A stretch of DNA of 64,000 bases from Candidatus Latescibacterota bacterium (GTDB lineage Bacteria > Latescibacterota > UBA2968 > UBA8231), in the NCBI GenBank assembly GCA_965248265.1, contig CBDFJF010000001.1, positions 1,824,001-1,888,000 on the forward strand, given 5' to 3'. Shown one piece after another: positions 40,423-51,610 of this stretch. The notes under the pieces were generated by a model that made no database searches, had not been told where the DNA came from, and was given only the letters and a program-made list of their open reading frames with translations. Each line of letters opens with the position of its first letter. Within the stretch, counting starts at the first letter, position 1. The position numbers and the translations under genes were made by a program.

Positions 40423-41328
40423 TCAGAATCCAGAATCCAGTACGGTCAGGACCAGTAGAACTGGCAGGTAGACGACAGAGGCCTTGAGCAGCCGCCTGGC
40501 AGCCAGTGAAGAGCGCGTGACCGAAAGGGCGATGCCGACGGCGAGCAGGGCTGTTCCCATCAGCAGCGCCCCGATAAGGTAGAGACTCCCTGACAGCCCG
40601 AGTAGAGTCGGCATCGTCGACGCGGCGATCAACAACACGGAAAAAAGCACCACGTGCCGGCAGGTGCGTTTGCCATCGGGCTCGACGACGGGTAGCATCT
40701 TGAAACCGCCCCGGCGGTAGTCGTCCTTGAAAATCCAGGCGATGGCGTAGAAATGCGGATGTTGCCAGGCGAACAGGATAGCGAACAGGGCCCAGGCACC
40801 CAACTCCAGCTCTCCTGACGCAGCCGTCCAACCACCAACAGGAGGCAACGCACCTGGGATCGAACCCACCGAAGTATTCCACCAGGTCAGCCGTTTCAGC
40901 GGGGTGTAGACGACGACGTAGAGGAAGGCCGTCGACAGTGCCAGGAAGGCCGTAAGCATGTTCACCTGCTGGAGAAGCAATCCCAGGCCGGCCACCAGCA
41001 GCAGCAACCCATAGGTCATAGCCACTGTCGGTTTCATTCGCCCCGATGGTAACGGCCGATCCCTCGTCCGCAGCATATGAGCATCGACGCCGCGCTCGAA
41101 GTAGTGGTTGAGGACAGCCGAGCCACCCGCTACCAAAGCGGTACCCAACAAGGTCCAAAGCAACAGACTAAGGGAGTGAATCCCTCGCCCCCCGAGAAAG
41201 AAACCGAGTGCCGTGGTTACCAGTACAAGCGCGGTAATACGTGGCTTCGCCAGCTCGACAAAGTCACCGAAATTCGGTTTCGCAGCTGATTTGGTAGCTG
41301 TATTCGATTTGAGCACAGTGAGTACCAA
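40423..41328 (-). CDS. cyoE: Protoheme IX farnesyltransferase (heme o synthase)
   Basis: Motifs LAKPRI, N...E...D..M.RT..RPLPSGR, YTPLKR, GALPPVGGW and WQHPHF.AIAW..KDDY. Confidence 0.95.
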   Translation of the reverse strand: MVLTVLKSNTATKSAAKPNFGDFVELAKPRITALVLVTTALGFFLGGRGIHSLSLLLWTLLGTALVAGGSAVLNHYFERGVDAHMLRTRDRPLPSGRMKPTVAMTYGLLLLVAGLGLLLQQVNMLTAFLALSTAFLYVVVYTPLKRLTWWNTSVGSIPGALPPVGGWTAASGELELGAWALFAILFAWQHPHFYAIAWIFKDDYRRGGFKMLPVVEPDGKRTCRHVVLFSVLLIAASTMPTLLGLSGSLYLIGALLMGTALLAVGIALSVTRSSLAARRLLKASVVYLPVLLVLTVLDSGF

Positions 41329-41348
41329 CTCTGATAGGCTATCTTTGG

Positions 41349-41376
41349 GTTATCTGATAGTCGTTATCTGATAGTC
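41349..41376. repeat. 2x14-bp tandem repeat GTTATCTGATAGTC, each unit containing the palindrome TATC-T-GATA
   Basis: Read directly. It lies just upstream of cyoE in the divergent cyoE/ligA gap. Confidence 0.9.
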
Positions 41377-41413
41377 GAAACAGCTCTGAGGGCCTGGGAG
41401 CCTGTCAATATAG

Positions 41414-43492
<2,079 letters not shown>

Positions 43493-43509
43493 TCCTCACC
43501 GCCTTACCG

Positions 43510-44985
43510 TTACAATGAGGCGAAGCTCCACTCCTCCAGGGGCATCATCGAATCGGCATCGACATCGGGGCCGTTGCCCAGTCCGGGTACCTGCAACGAA
43601 CTTACATCGATCTGCCCACCCTGCACGTTCAGCGCAACCAGTGCTCCTTCGCGCTCGCTGTAGAGGGCGGCGTGGCTGTGGACGCAGGCGCTGCGCTCCG
43701 GGGCCGAAAGGTGATCGAGGCCGCGCACGTAGTGATGTCCGTTGCGTTCGACATGTGAGATTCCCAGCGCCGCGGCATGCGTCAGGTCTTGATGCAATGG
43801 GACGACAGGCAGGTTCACCAGATCTTCACCTGATAGAAAATAGGGACGGCGGATACCCGGTTGCTCCGAGTGGTACCTGGCCAGTGCTTGATTGGTCAAT
43901 GCCTTGATTAACCCCTTGCAGTTTTTCGACGACACGCCCGAATACCCCAGGGACACAGCCCGTTTGAATGAGTCCAGATCACCGTCGGACTCGTCGATGA
44001 GCATGGCCTTGCGTTCGGATATCGCCCGGATCCCCGGTTCAAGAGTGTCGTTGAGAGCAACACTCCGCTCCAGCGGTTGCTCAAGATAGATGATGCGTTC
44101 GTAGAAGCTCGCCAGCGCTTCGCTTTCGGCATCCTCGAGCTTGGCCAACAGTTCCTGAAAACTCTCCATTTCAACGTACTGCTCGTTGCCGTCCAGTGTT
44201 ACCGAATAATCATCTCGACACCGTGCCTCCAGCAGGGTTGCGACCTCGCGCAAGCGTTCGAGATCCGCGTCGAGATCACCGTTGACTTTGACTTTGAAAT
44301 AAGTCAGCCCCTGTTCCTCGATGTACTCCTCCAGAGCCTGCGGAAGACCATCCTCGAGAATTTCGGAGGCGGGGATGTCCCCTCGATGAATTGGGTCGGC
44401 GAGTCCGACGCAATGTCTGACTACGATGCGATCGAGGGGCTGTTTGGGGAGTACGTGCCCGGGCTCCACTCCCTGTAGTTCATCGTGAATACGGCCGAAA
44501 TCGATACCCAGCGCGTTCGTCGACAGCATCTGGGTGTAGGTTTGACTTCGAGCCGAGCCGACAGCATCGATGAGAGCGCGCTCCAACAAGCTACTACCGT
44601 GACTCGCCGTCAGGTGATTGAGGCCGTTGTCGTCGCCGAAGGCCAAGGTCTGGTGGTACCCGGCGTACCAGGTGTCGAACACCGACTGGGGGGTCCTGGC
44701 CGCTGAGGTGTAGGCCTGAGCAGCGGCACGAGCGACAGCGATCAGATCATCGACGTTGTCCTCGTACTCCTTTTGTGGATCCTTGTCGAACCACTTTGGC
44801 GGCAGGATATCGGCTGCCCAACCCGTTGCCAATTGACCACCGGAGAGCTCGCCCTCCAAACGCAGATGCAGGATCGGCACCGATGTGAGGGTCGCCACGC
44901 CGTACTTGAAGGGCATGCGCGTGCGCACGTTGCGTATGAAAAAACGGATGTCCTTGATGGCGATTCGTGCTGGATCCGCGGCCAT
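43510..44985 (-). CDS. Divergent enolase-superfamily protein (mandelate racemase-like), paralog 2
   Basis: FKVKV, LDGNE, LEQP and IDES metal-ligand pattern, plus SSKNCKG, EDLVN and VERNG. Confidence 0.75.
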   Translation of the reverse strand: MAADPARIAIKDIRFFIRNVRTRMPFKYGVATLTSVPILHLRLEGELSGGQLATGWAADILPPKWFDKDPQKEYEDNVDDLIAVARAAAQAYTSAARTPQSVFDTWYAGYHQTLAFGDDNGLNHLTASHGSSLLERALIDAVGSARSQTYTQMLSTNALGIDFGRIHDELQGVEPGHVLPKQPLDRIVVRHCVGLADPIHRGDIPASEILEDGLPQALEEYIEEQGLTYFKVKVNGDLDADLERLREVATLLEARCRDDYSVTLDGNEQYVEMESFQELLAKLEDAESEALASFYERIIYLEQPLERSVALNDTLEPGIRAISERKAMLIDESDGDLDSFKRAVSLGYSGVSSKNCKGLIKALTNQALARYHSEQPGIRRPYFLSGEDLVNLPVVPLHQDLTHAAALGISHVERNGHHYVRGLDHLSAPERSACVHSHAALYSEREGALVALNVQGGQIDVSSLQVPGLGNGPDVDADSMMPLEEWSFASL

Positions 44986-44991
44986 TGCCTA

Positions 44992-45153
44992 GTGCCCTGT
45001 CACGGAAGTAGGCTTGTGGAATGAGGGCGCCGAGTCGCCCGGCCTGCAAGGCGCGCGAGTGAGGCATATCGATGGGATATGCCGATTGAGCGCAACGCAG
45101 CAGGTCGGGATGAATCGGCGGCCGAATACAAGAATACTTTCGTGACAGGGCAC
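44992..45153. mobile_element. 162-bp MITE (non-autonomous IS derivative)
   Basis: 19-bp terminal inverted repeats GTGCCCTGTCACGGAAGTA / TACTTTCGTGACAGGGCAC (18/19 match), flanked by CTA direct repeats at 44989-44991 and 45154-45156. Internal hairpin GGCATATC-N5-GATATGCC. Confidence 0.85.
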
Positions 45154-46560
45154 CTAGCTCACCTCCGAGACGACGGCTGCCGGCAGTTCGCGTTGAATAT
45201 TCGGCAACGCATAGCCGAAACCTGGCCCCTGAACCGAAGTCAGGTCCACCCGACCACCTCGCCGTCGATACACCCCCGGATGGACCGCAGCTTCGGCGGC
45301 TGAAGCTTCCGGATAAAACTGCATGCTGTTGGTCTCTACCCCCATGATGGTGCCGGCGTGAGCCGCCAACTGAACATGAGGTATTTGTGCCAGCATGGGA
45401 TTCGTCAGGTCTTGCACCATCAGTCCCATGCCGTGTGCCTTGGCCCAACACAGACTCAGCAGAGCTCCCGTCTGCGTCTTGCAGGTCTTCAGAGCGACCC
45501 CCGTCCAACCGAGGCTACGCCCAAGGCGGATCAGCTCCCAGTCATGAGCACTCTCATCCATGTAAAGCGGTTTGCGCGCCGCGACACTGTGGACGTCAAT
45601 GCAGTGCTGCTCGAGGTCGTAGGGAAAGGGCTGCTCGACATAGAGGATCATTCCGTATAATCGGGGCTCATTCTGTATTAACTGATCCAGAATGTCGTTG
45701 ACGTATCCTGGCTCGTTGACGGTGCAGTTGAAATCGGCCGTCAGCCAGCTCACCCCGTGTTCGATCGCGATTGCACCGACCCGCTGCAGGCGCCGGTGGT
45801 CCCAGGCCGCATCATCGCCGCGCAGTTTGATCTTGAGACAGGTGAGTCCGTCCCGCTCGATCCAGTCGGCGAGCAACACGGGATGACCATCCGATGGTTC
45901 TTCCCCGGTGAGTTCCTCTGCCGAGAGCGGATCAAGTCCCCCTACCAGGTGCCAGGCCGGCAGTGTCTGTGCGCGGGGCAGCTCGAAGTAGTCGGTGGGG
46001 TAACGACCATCGAAAGACACATCGCGGGACCCGTCGGCCGGCTGCAAGTAGCTGCTCAGATCCCGATTCATGTAGCCGGAGTTATACGTATCGTAGACCG
46101 GGCAATCGTGCAGAATGCCGTAGGCATCATGGACGGCAAGGTCGAAGGCGGAGCAACAGACCAGAGCCGCGAGCCAGGGCATGGGGTGAGAACGCTCACG
46201 GTTGAATTGCTCCAGCAACCCCGGCAGGCATTGTCGCTGAAAGGCGTGTCCGATTTCGAGCGGGTGGCCGCGGTGATCGAACCCGGCCCAGGACCGTGCC
46301 AATCGTTCACAAAAAGCTTTCAACGCCTGATGACGATCCTCAAAGGAAATGACCGCCGGCCAGACCCATTGAACACTCAAGGGCGTCTCCCCCCACCCCG
46401 CACCCGTCGCGGCTGTGGCTGGTGCTTCGAGGAGGACCCTGACCCGCGCACAGGTCACGTGCGTTAGCGTCTCCGGCCCGAACTTGAGCGGAACCCGTGT
46501 CTCTACGGGGAGAAAATGCAGGGAGACTTCACGGACACGAGCGTCGCGCTGCACCGACAC
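45154..46560 (-). CDS. Divergent enolase-superfamily protein (mandelate racemase-like), paralog 1
   Basis: Motifs RVPLKFG, GWGETP, LKIKL, ADFN, VEQP, MDESA, ALKTCKT, QDLTN and VETN. GTG lies 1 nt after the argH stop. Confidence 0.78.
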   Translation of the reverse strand: MSVQRDARVREVSLHFLPVETRVPLKFGPETLTHVTCARVRVLLEAPATAATGAGWGETPLSVQWVWPAVISFEDRHQALKAFCERLARSWAGFDHRGHPLEIGHAFQRQCLPGLLEQFNRERSHPMPWLAALVCCSAFDLAVHDAYGILHDCPVYDTYNSGYMNRDLSSYLQPADGSRDVSFDGRYPTDYFELPRAQTLPAWHLVGGLDPLSAEELTGEEPSDGHPVLLADWIERDGLTCLKIKLRGDDAAWDHRRLQRVGAIAIEHGVSWLTADFNCTVNEPGYVNDILDQLIQNEPRLYGMILYVEQPFPYDLEQHCIDVHSVAARKPLYMDESAHDWELIRLGRSLGWTGVALKTCKTQTGALLSLCWAKAHGMGLMVQDLTNPMLAQIPHVQLAAHAGTIMGVETNSMQFYPEASAAEAAVHPGVYRRRGGRVDLTSVQGPGFGYALPNIQRELPAAVVSEVS

Positions 46561-46561
46561 C

Positions 46562-47989
46562 TCAAGTCCCCACTGCAGTAACGTCCCGCTCGAGCGGATG
46601 CAGGTCCTCCAAGGCCTGGCGGGCCTGCAACAGCTGCGCCGTCACTGCTTCCGAACCCGTACCTCCGGGGATCTGCCGCAAGTCGATACTGTGATCCACA
46701 TTGAGAAGCTTTAGAGCATCAGCTGCGAACAGCTCACTCTGGTCCTGCAGGTCTTCGATCGTCAACGATTGCAGACCTTCTCCTCTGTCGACGGCGGTCT
46801 TGACCAGCGCGGCCACCGCGCCGTGGGCATCCCGAAACGGCAGACCACGCTTGACCAGGTAATCGGCCAGGTCGGTTGCCAATGTCCCGTCATCGATCAC
46901 TGCCCGCATGCGGTCTTCATGTACCGTCATCGTCGCCCAAACCCTGGTGAACACATCGAGGCAGTCATGGACCGTTTCGAAGGAATCGAAGACCGGCTCC
47001 TTGTCCTCCTGAAGATCCTTGGAATAGGTCAGCCCTAGGCCTTTCATCGTCGTCAGCAACGCCGTGAGATTACCGTAGACACGCCCGGTCTTGCCCCTCA
47101 CCAGTTCCAAGGAGTCCGGATTCTTCTTCTGTGGCATCATACTGGATCCGGTCGAGTAGGCCTCATCGATCGAGATGAAGCCGAACTCGGCCGTGGACCA
47201 AATGATCAGATCCTCACAGTAGCGGCTCAAATGCATCATCAGCACCGACAGCGCTGCCAATGACTCCAGCAGGAAATCCCGGTCACTGACGGCATCCAGG
47301 CTGTTGGTCGTGATCGCCTCGAATCCCAGTTCCTGTGCCATGAACGCGCGATCGAGTGGGTAGGCACTGCCGGCCAGTGCGCCCGAACCCAGAGGTAGAT
47401 AGTCCGCTCGCTTCCAGGCATCAGCCAAGCGTCCGCGGTCGCGCTCCAGCATCCAGAACAGGGACAGGGCGTAGTGGGCGAACAGAATCGGCTGGGCTTG
47501 CTGTAGATGGGTGTAACCCGGTAGCGCAACTGCCATGTGCTGCTCGGCACTCGCCATCAACGTCGACTGCAGCTTGTGAACTCTCTGAGAGGTCCCCCTA
47601 ATGGCTTCTCTCAAGTAGAGGCGTTCATCCAGGTTCACCTGGTCGTTGCGACTGCGACCCGTGTGCAGCTTGCCCCCAAGGGGACCGATACGTGCGGTTA
47701 ATCGCTCCTCCACGGCCATGTGGATGTCTTCGAAGCGATGGCCGAATTCAAATTCGGCAGTCATCATCTCCTCGAGAACGGCCTCGAGTCCCTGGGTGAT
47801 GAGGGCGGTCTCCTCCGCCGTCAGGATACCAACACGTTCAAGCGCCCGTGCGTGTACCTTGCTGCCGGCGATGTCGACTTCCAGCAACTTGCGGTCGAAG
47901 CTGATGGAGGCGTTGAAGCGTGCCATCAACTGCGCCGTGTCAGCGGAAAATCGACCCCGGAGGGTAGTCGTCCCCTGTGACTCTGTCAT
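46562..47989 (-). CDS. argH: Argininosuccinate lyase
   Basis: Motifs EDIHM, LHTGRSRNDQ, PGYTHLQQAQP, STGSSMMPQKKNPD and KDLQEDKE. Confidence 0.98.
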   Translation of the reverse strand: MTESQGTTTLRGRFSADTAQLMARFNASISFDRKLLEVDIAGSKVHARALERVGILTAEETALITQGLEAVLEEMMTAEFEFGHRFEDIHMAVEERLTARIGPLGGKLHTGRSRNDQVNLDERLYLREAIRGTSQRVHKLQSTLMASAEQHMAVALPGYTHLQQAQPILFAHYALSLFWMLERDRGRLADAWKRADYLPLGSGALAGSAYPLDRAFMAQELGFEAITTNSLDAVSDRDFLLESLAALSVLMMHLSRYCEDLIIWSTAEFGFISIDEAYSTGSSMMPQKKNPDSLELVRGKTGRVYGNLTALLTTMKGLGLTYSKDLQEDKEPVFDSFETVHDCLDVFTRVWATMTVHEDRMRAVIDDGTLATDLADYLVKRGLPFRDAHGAVAALVKTAVDRGEGLQSLTIEDLQDQSELFAADALKLLNVDHSIDLRQIPGGTGSEAVTAQLLQARQALEDLHPLERDVTAVGT

Positions 47990-48016
47990 GGGAAGTGTGG
48001 TTGCGGGCTGATTGCG

Positions 48017-49219
48017 TCAGCCCTGTCTCAGGATTTCGTCGAAGACATCGACGGCCTCGTCGATCTGGTCTTGCTCGACTATGAGAGGCGGAAGAAATCT
48101 CACGACATCCGTCGCACACGGAGCCACCAGGATATCCCGCTCCCTGAAGGCTGCCAGGATCTCAGCCGGAGCCCGCTCACTCATGACAGCACCGGCGATG
48201 AGGCCGCTGCCCCGTATCTCGCTGATCTGCTCGGGCCAGCGTTGCTGCAGTTTTTCGAGCCGCTCCCGCAGATGCGTACCCTTTTCGGCCACGGACTCCA
48301 GAAAACCCTCCCCCGTCAGCTTCTCCATTACGGTCAAAGCAACGGCTGCAGCGACAGGATTGGCGCCGAAAGTCGCAGCATGGTCGCCTGGCTGGATGGC
48401 GTCGGCGACGCGCTGCCGCAGCAATGAGACACCGATGGGCAATCCGCCTCCGAGTGCTTTGGCCAGGGTCATAATGTCCGGCTCGACACCAAACTGCTCA
48501 TAGGCCCACAGGGAGCCCGTGCGACCTAGGCCGACCTGAATCTCATCGAATACGAGCAGCATCTCGTTTTCATCACACAGCGCCCTCAGCCCTTCGAGAA
48601 ACTCTTGCGAACTGACGTGAATGCCCCCTTCAGCCTGGATCGGCTCTACCAGGATCGCACAGGTTTGCTTGGTGACGGCCGCCTCGACTGAAGCCAGGTC
48701 GTTGAAATCGGCGAAGCTGATCCCGGGCAGCATGGGCTCGAAGCCCTGGTGGTATTTCGGCTGACCGGTGGTTGATACCGAGCCGTAGGTGCGCCCGTGG
48801 AAGGAGTTCGTCATTGACACGAAGTGGCTCTTCTTGACCTTGCCGAAGGTCGTGTTCCCCCACTTACGACAAAACTTGAGCGATGCTTCCCAGGCCTCGG
48901 TGCCGCTGTTACAGAAAAAGGCGCGATCAGCGAACGAATTCTCCACCAGGACCCTCGCCAGATCAGTCGAAGGAATCGTGTGGAACAGATTGGAGCAGTG
49001 CATGAGCTGAGCCGCCTGCTCCTCGATGGCCTTGAGGATCGCCCGATCCCGGTAACCGAAGGCGTTGACCGCGAGGCCGCTGACGAAATCGAGGTATCGA
49101 TTGCCGTCGGTGTCGAACAGGTACATACCGTTGCCCCGTTCCAGAACAAACTCAGGCCGCCCGTAGGTCTGCAGTATGTATTCATTCTCCTGCTTGACTA
49201 TGTCTGCTGTCCGCATCAT
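48017..49219 (-). CDS. argD: Acetylornithine aminotransferase
   Basis: Motifs FCNSGTEA, SFHGRT, EPIQAEGG, FDEIQVGLGRTG, AKALGGG and TFGANP; arg operon context. Confidence 0.93.
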   Translation of the reverse strand: MMRTADIVKQENEYILQTYGRPEFVLERGNGMYLFDTDGNRYLDFVSGLAVNAFGYRDRAILKAIEEQAAQLMHCSNLFHTIPSTDLARVLVENSFADRAFFCNSGTEAWEASLKFCRKWGNTTFGKVKKSHFVSMTNSFHGRTYGSVSTTGQPKYHQGFEPMLPGISFADFNDLASVEAAVTKQTCAILVEPIQAEGGIHVSSQEFLEGLRALCDENEMLLVFDEIQVGLGRTGSLWAYEQFGVEPDIMTLAKALGGGLPIGVSLLRQRVADAIQPGDHAATFGANPVAAAVALTVMEKLTGEGFLESVAEKGTHLRERLEKLQQRWPEQISEIRGSGLIAGAVMSERAPAEILAAFRERDILVAPCATDVVRFLPPLIVEQDQIDEAVDVFDEILRQG

Positions 49220-49240
49220 TGGCTACTCCTATTCACTTAT

Positions 49241-50128
49241 TCACTGTACTATTTGCGTTCCCACGCCCTCATCGGTAAAGAACTCGAGCAGCATCGAATG
49301 GGGGATGCGGCCGTCGACAACGTGTGTCTTGTGTACGCCGGCCCGAACTCCGTGCGCGCAGGCACGGACCTTGGGGATCATGCCCCCGCTCACGACGCCT
49401 TCATCTATCAGGCCGTGCAACTCGTCGACGTGCACGGTGGAAAGCAGCGATGCCGAATCGTTGGGGTCCCGCATTATTCCAGTGACATCGGTCAGAAAAA
49501 CCAGCTTCTCGGCCTGCAGCGCCGCGGCCACTTCGCCGGCCGCCGTGTCTGCATTGACGTTATAGGGAGCCCCGGCCTCCCCCTTGCCGATCGGTGCCAC
49601 GACAGGAATCGCGTCTGTTTCCACCAACCTCAGCAGCGGTACGGGATCGACACTCTCCACCTCGCCGACGAAACCGATGTCGAGGGGACCATCGGGGGTG
49701 TCGGCGAAGTGCTTGCGCACGTTGAGGACGCCTGCGTCCCTGGCCGAGACTCCGACCGCCCGTCCCCCCAGTTGGTTGATCTGCTTGACGATGCCGGCGT
49801 TCACCTCACCGAAGAGAGTCTCCTCCACCACCTCCATGACTGCTTCATCGGTGATGCGCAGGCCGTTCACTCGCTTGGTCTCGATGCCCTTTTCCTTCAG
49901 CCGCCGATCGATCGCCGGACCACCTCCGTGCACGACAACAGGCCGCATCCCCACCGATTCCATGAAGACGATGTCCTTGAGCACAGTGTCGCCTTCGGGG
50001 CCCTCACCCATGGCGCTACCCCCGTATTTTATGACCACCGTCTTGTTGCGAAACGATTGAATGTATGGCAACGCCTCCACCAGGACAGCAGCCTTCTCAA
50101 TGTATTCCTCCAGGGATTTCACTACCAT
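49241..50128 (-). CDS. argB: Acetylglutamate kinase
   Basis: Motifs EALPYI, VIKYGG, VHGGGP, GLRIT, NVNADTAA and GGMIPK. Confidence 0.97.
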   Translation of the reverse strand: MVVKSLEEYIEKAAVLVEALPYIQSFRNKTVVIKYGGSAMGEGPEGDTVLKDIVFMESVGMRPVVVHGGGPAIDRRLKEKGIETKRVNGLRITDEAVMEVVEETLFGEVNAGIVKQINQLGGRAVGVSARDAGVLNVRKHFADTPDGPLDIGFVGEVESVDPVPLLRLVETDAIPVVAPIGKGEAGAPYNVNADTAAGEVAAALQAEKLVFLTDVTGIMRDPNDSASLLSTVHVDELHGLIDEGVVSGGMIPKVRACAHGVRAGVHKTHVVDGRIPHSMLLEFFTDEGVGTQIVQ

Positions 50129-50152
50129 GCTCTGACTGCCGCTCCCTCAGCC

Positions 50153-50632
50153 TCATCGGCCGCCGAATCTGGCTCCGGTGATGGCCAGAATCCGCTTCAC
50201 CAGGGACTCGGCCTCCTCCACCGTTCGCGTCAACGCGAAAATCGTGTTCTCCCCCGCGATCGTCCCCATCAACTCCTGCCAACCGATCCGGTCCAGGGCC
50301 TCACACAGGCTTTGGGCGTGGCCGGACACTGTCTTTATTACAGCGATATTCTCCGCCTGGTCGATCTCGACCAGAAAATCGGAAAGCTCGCGCTCGAGAA
50401 TGTGCTGGTCGCGAAGCGTGGCTCGGACCTCGTTTCCCAGTCCGTAGCGGAATCCGCCATCTGGCCTGGGGACGCGAACCACCCCGAGTTCCCGCAGGTC
50501 CTTCGAGAGGGTGGACTGACTCACCTCTATCTGCTGCCGCTGCAGGGCCTCAGCCATTTCCTCATGCGTACGGATATTGGCCTCCTGTAGCATCTCCTTG
50601 ATCTTGGCATGTCGGACTTGCTTGGAATTCAT
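50153..50632 (-). CDS. argR: Arginine repressor
   Basis: HTH VSQSTLSKDLREL, VIKTVSGHAQ and GTIAGENT (canonical is GTIAGDDT). Confidence 0.93.
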   Translation of the reverse strand: MNSKQVRHAKIKEMLQEANIRTHEEMAEALQRQQIEVSQSTLSKDLRELGVVRVPRPDGGFRYGLGNEVRATLRDQHILERELSDFLVEIDQAENIAVIKTVSGHAQSLCEALDRIGWQELMGTIAGENTIFALTRTVEEAESLVKRILAITGARFGGR

Positions 50633-50650
50633 CGCATACCGGACAGAGGG

Positions 50651-50688
50651 ATGGAATAATTATTCGTTAAAATCAATAATTATCGTAA
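50651..50688. promoter_or_regulatory. Tandem ARG boxes (ArgR operator)
   Basis: ATGGAATAATTATTCGTT and AATCAATAATTATCGTAA at a 20-bp period. The core palindrome GAATAATTATTC resembles the TGAATAAwwATKCA consensus. Confidence 0.75.
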
Positions 50689-50715
50689 TATATGGGGCGT
50701 CCGTTGCGCTGTCAA
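50687..50715 (-). promoter_or_regulatory. Sigma70-type promoter of the argRBDH operon
   Basis: TTGACA (50715-50710), 17-nt spacer, TATATT (50692-50687), abutting the ARG boxes. Confidence 0.75.
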
Positions 50716-50782
50716 CAAGCTCTCGACAACACGAGAAGGGCCGGGGTTTGACTTGGTAGGAAGGGGGTTTTCCAGGGTTATC

Positions 50783-51601
50783 TCAGGCCTCTTCGGCGAC
50801 TGTAGCCGGTGTTCCGGTCAATCGTTCCTTTGGTGACAGCAACTCGGTGAGGCGCTGCTTGAGATCGCGAGCACTGAGACCACGGTCCAACTCCCCAGCC
50901 ACGGTGAGAGAAATGGTCTGGCTTTCTTCGGAGACGACGATCGTGATCGCGTCGGTTTCCTGAGACAGTCCGATCGCAGCCCGGTGGCGGGTACCCAATC
51001 TCTGGTCCTCCACCTCCTCGGCGAGCGGCAGCGTGCATCGAGCGGCAACCAGGTTTTCCCCGTCGATGATTACAGCTTGATCGTGCAGCGGCGATCGTGG
51101 GGTGAATATGGTTGTCAGGAGATCCGCGGAAACTCGAGCATTGAGTTGCACCCCGGATTCGACAATTGCTTCGAGGCCGGCCTCGCGCCCCAGGACGATC
51201 AGGGCACCGTATCCCCGTTCGGCGAGTTGGCGGGTACCGGATACCACCTCGTCTATGACCCGGCTGGGTTCCACCTTGTAAAACCAGTTCAACAACGGAC
51301 TCTGCCCCAGCGCGACCAGCATGCGACGAAGCTCCGGTTGAAAGAGGATGACCAGGAGGATGAGCAGAATGGACCGCATCTGCTCGAGGAGGTAGGTCAG
51401 ACCAATCATGCCCTGCCAGTGTGCCGCCAGCGCCAGGGTGACCAGGAGGAAGAGTCCGCCCAGCATCTGCGCTGCCCGAGTCCCGCGAATCAAGCCGAAG
51501 AGTCGGTAGACGACAAAAGCGACGATGAGAATGTCGACGGCCGACAGAACCGAAAAGGGAATGAACCCGAACAGATGGAACAGGACCAGGGTGTCTTGCA
51601 C
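50783..51601 (-). CDS. cdaA: Membrane diadenylate cyclase CdaA/DacA
   Basis: Three TM helices, IRGTRA, LFQPELRR, GALIV, SPLHDQA (canonical is DGA), LGTRHRAA and VSEE. Confidence 0.92.
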   Translation of the reverse strand: MQDTLVLFHLFGFIPFSVLSAVDILIVAFVVYRLFGLIRGTRAAQMLGGLFLLVTLALAAHWQGMIGLTYLLEQMRSILLILLVILFQPELRRMLVALGQSPLLNWFYKVEPSRVIDEVVSGTRQLAERGYGALIVLGREAGLEAIVESGVQLNARVSADLLTTIFTPRSPLHDQAVIIDGENLVAARCTLPLAEEVEDQRLGTRHRAAIGLSQETDAITIVVSEESQTISLTVAGELDRGLSARDLKQRLTELLSPKERLTGTPATVAEEA

Positions 51602-51610
51602 TGAGCTATC

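Noticed and set aside
48824-50590. 588-aa plus-strand ORF, and similar long ORFs such as 52809..54383, 32495..33760 and 10941..11957
   Set aside because: These are antisense shadows of well-supported genes (argD/B/R, ftsH, ppdK, propeller), expected in GC-rich DNA, with no recognisable motifs.
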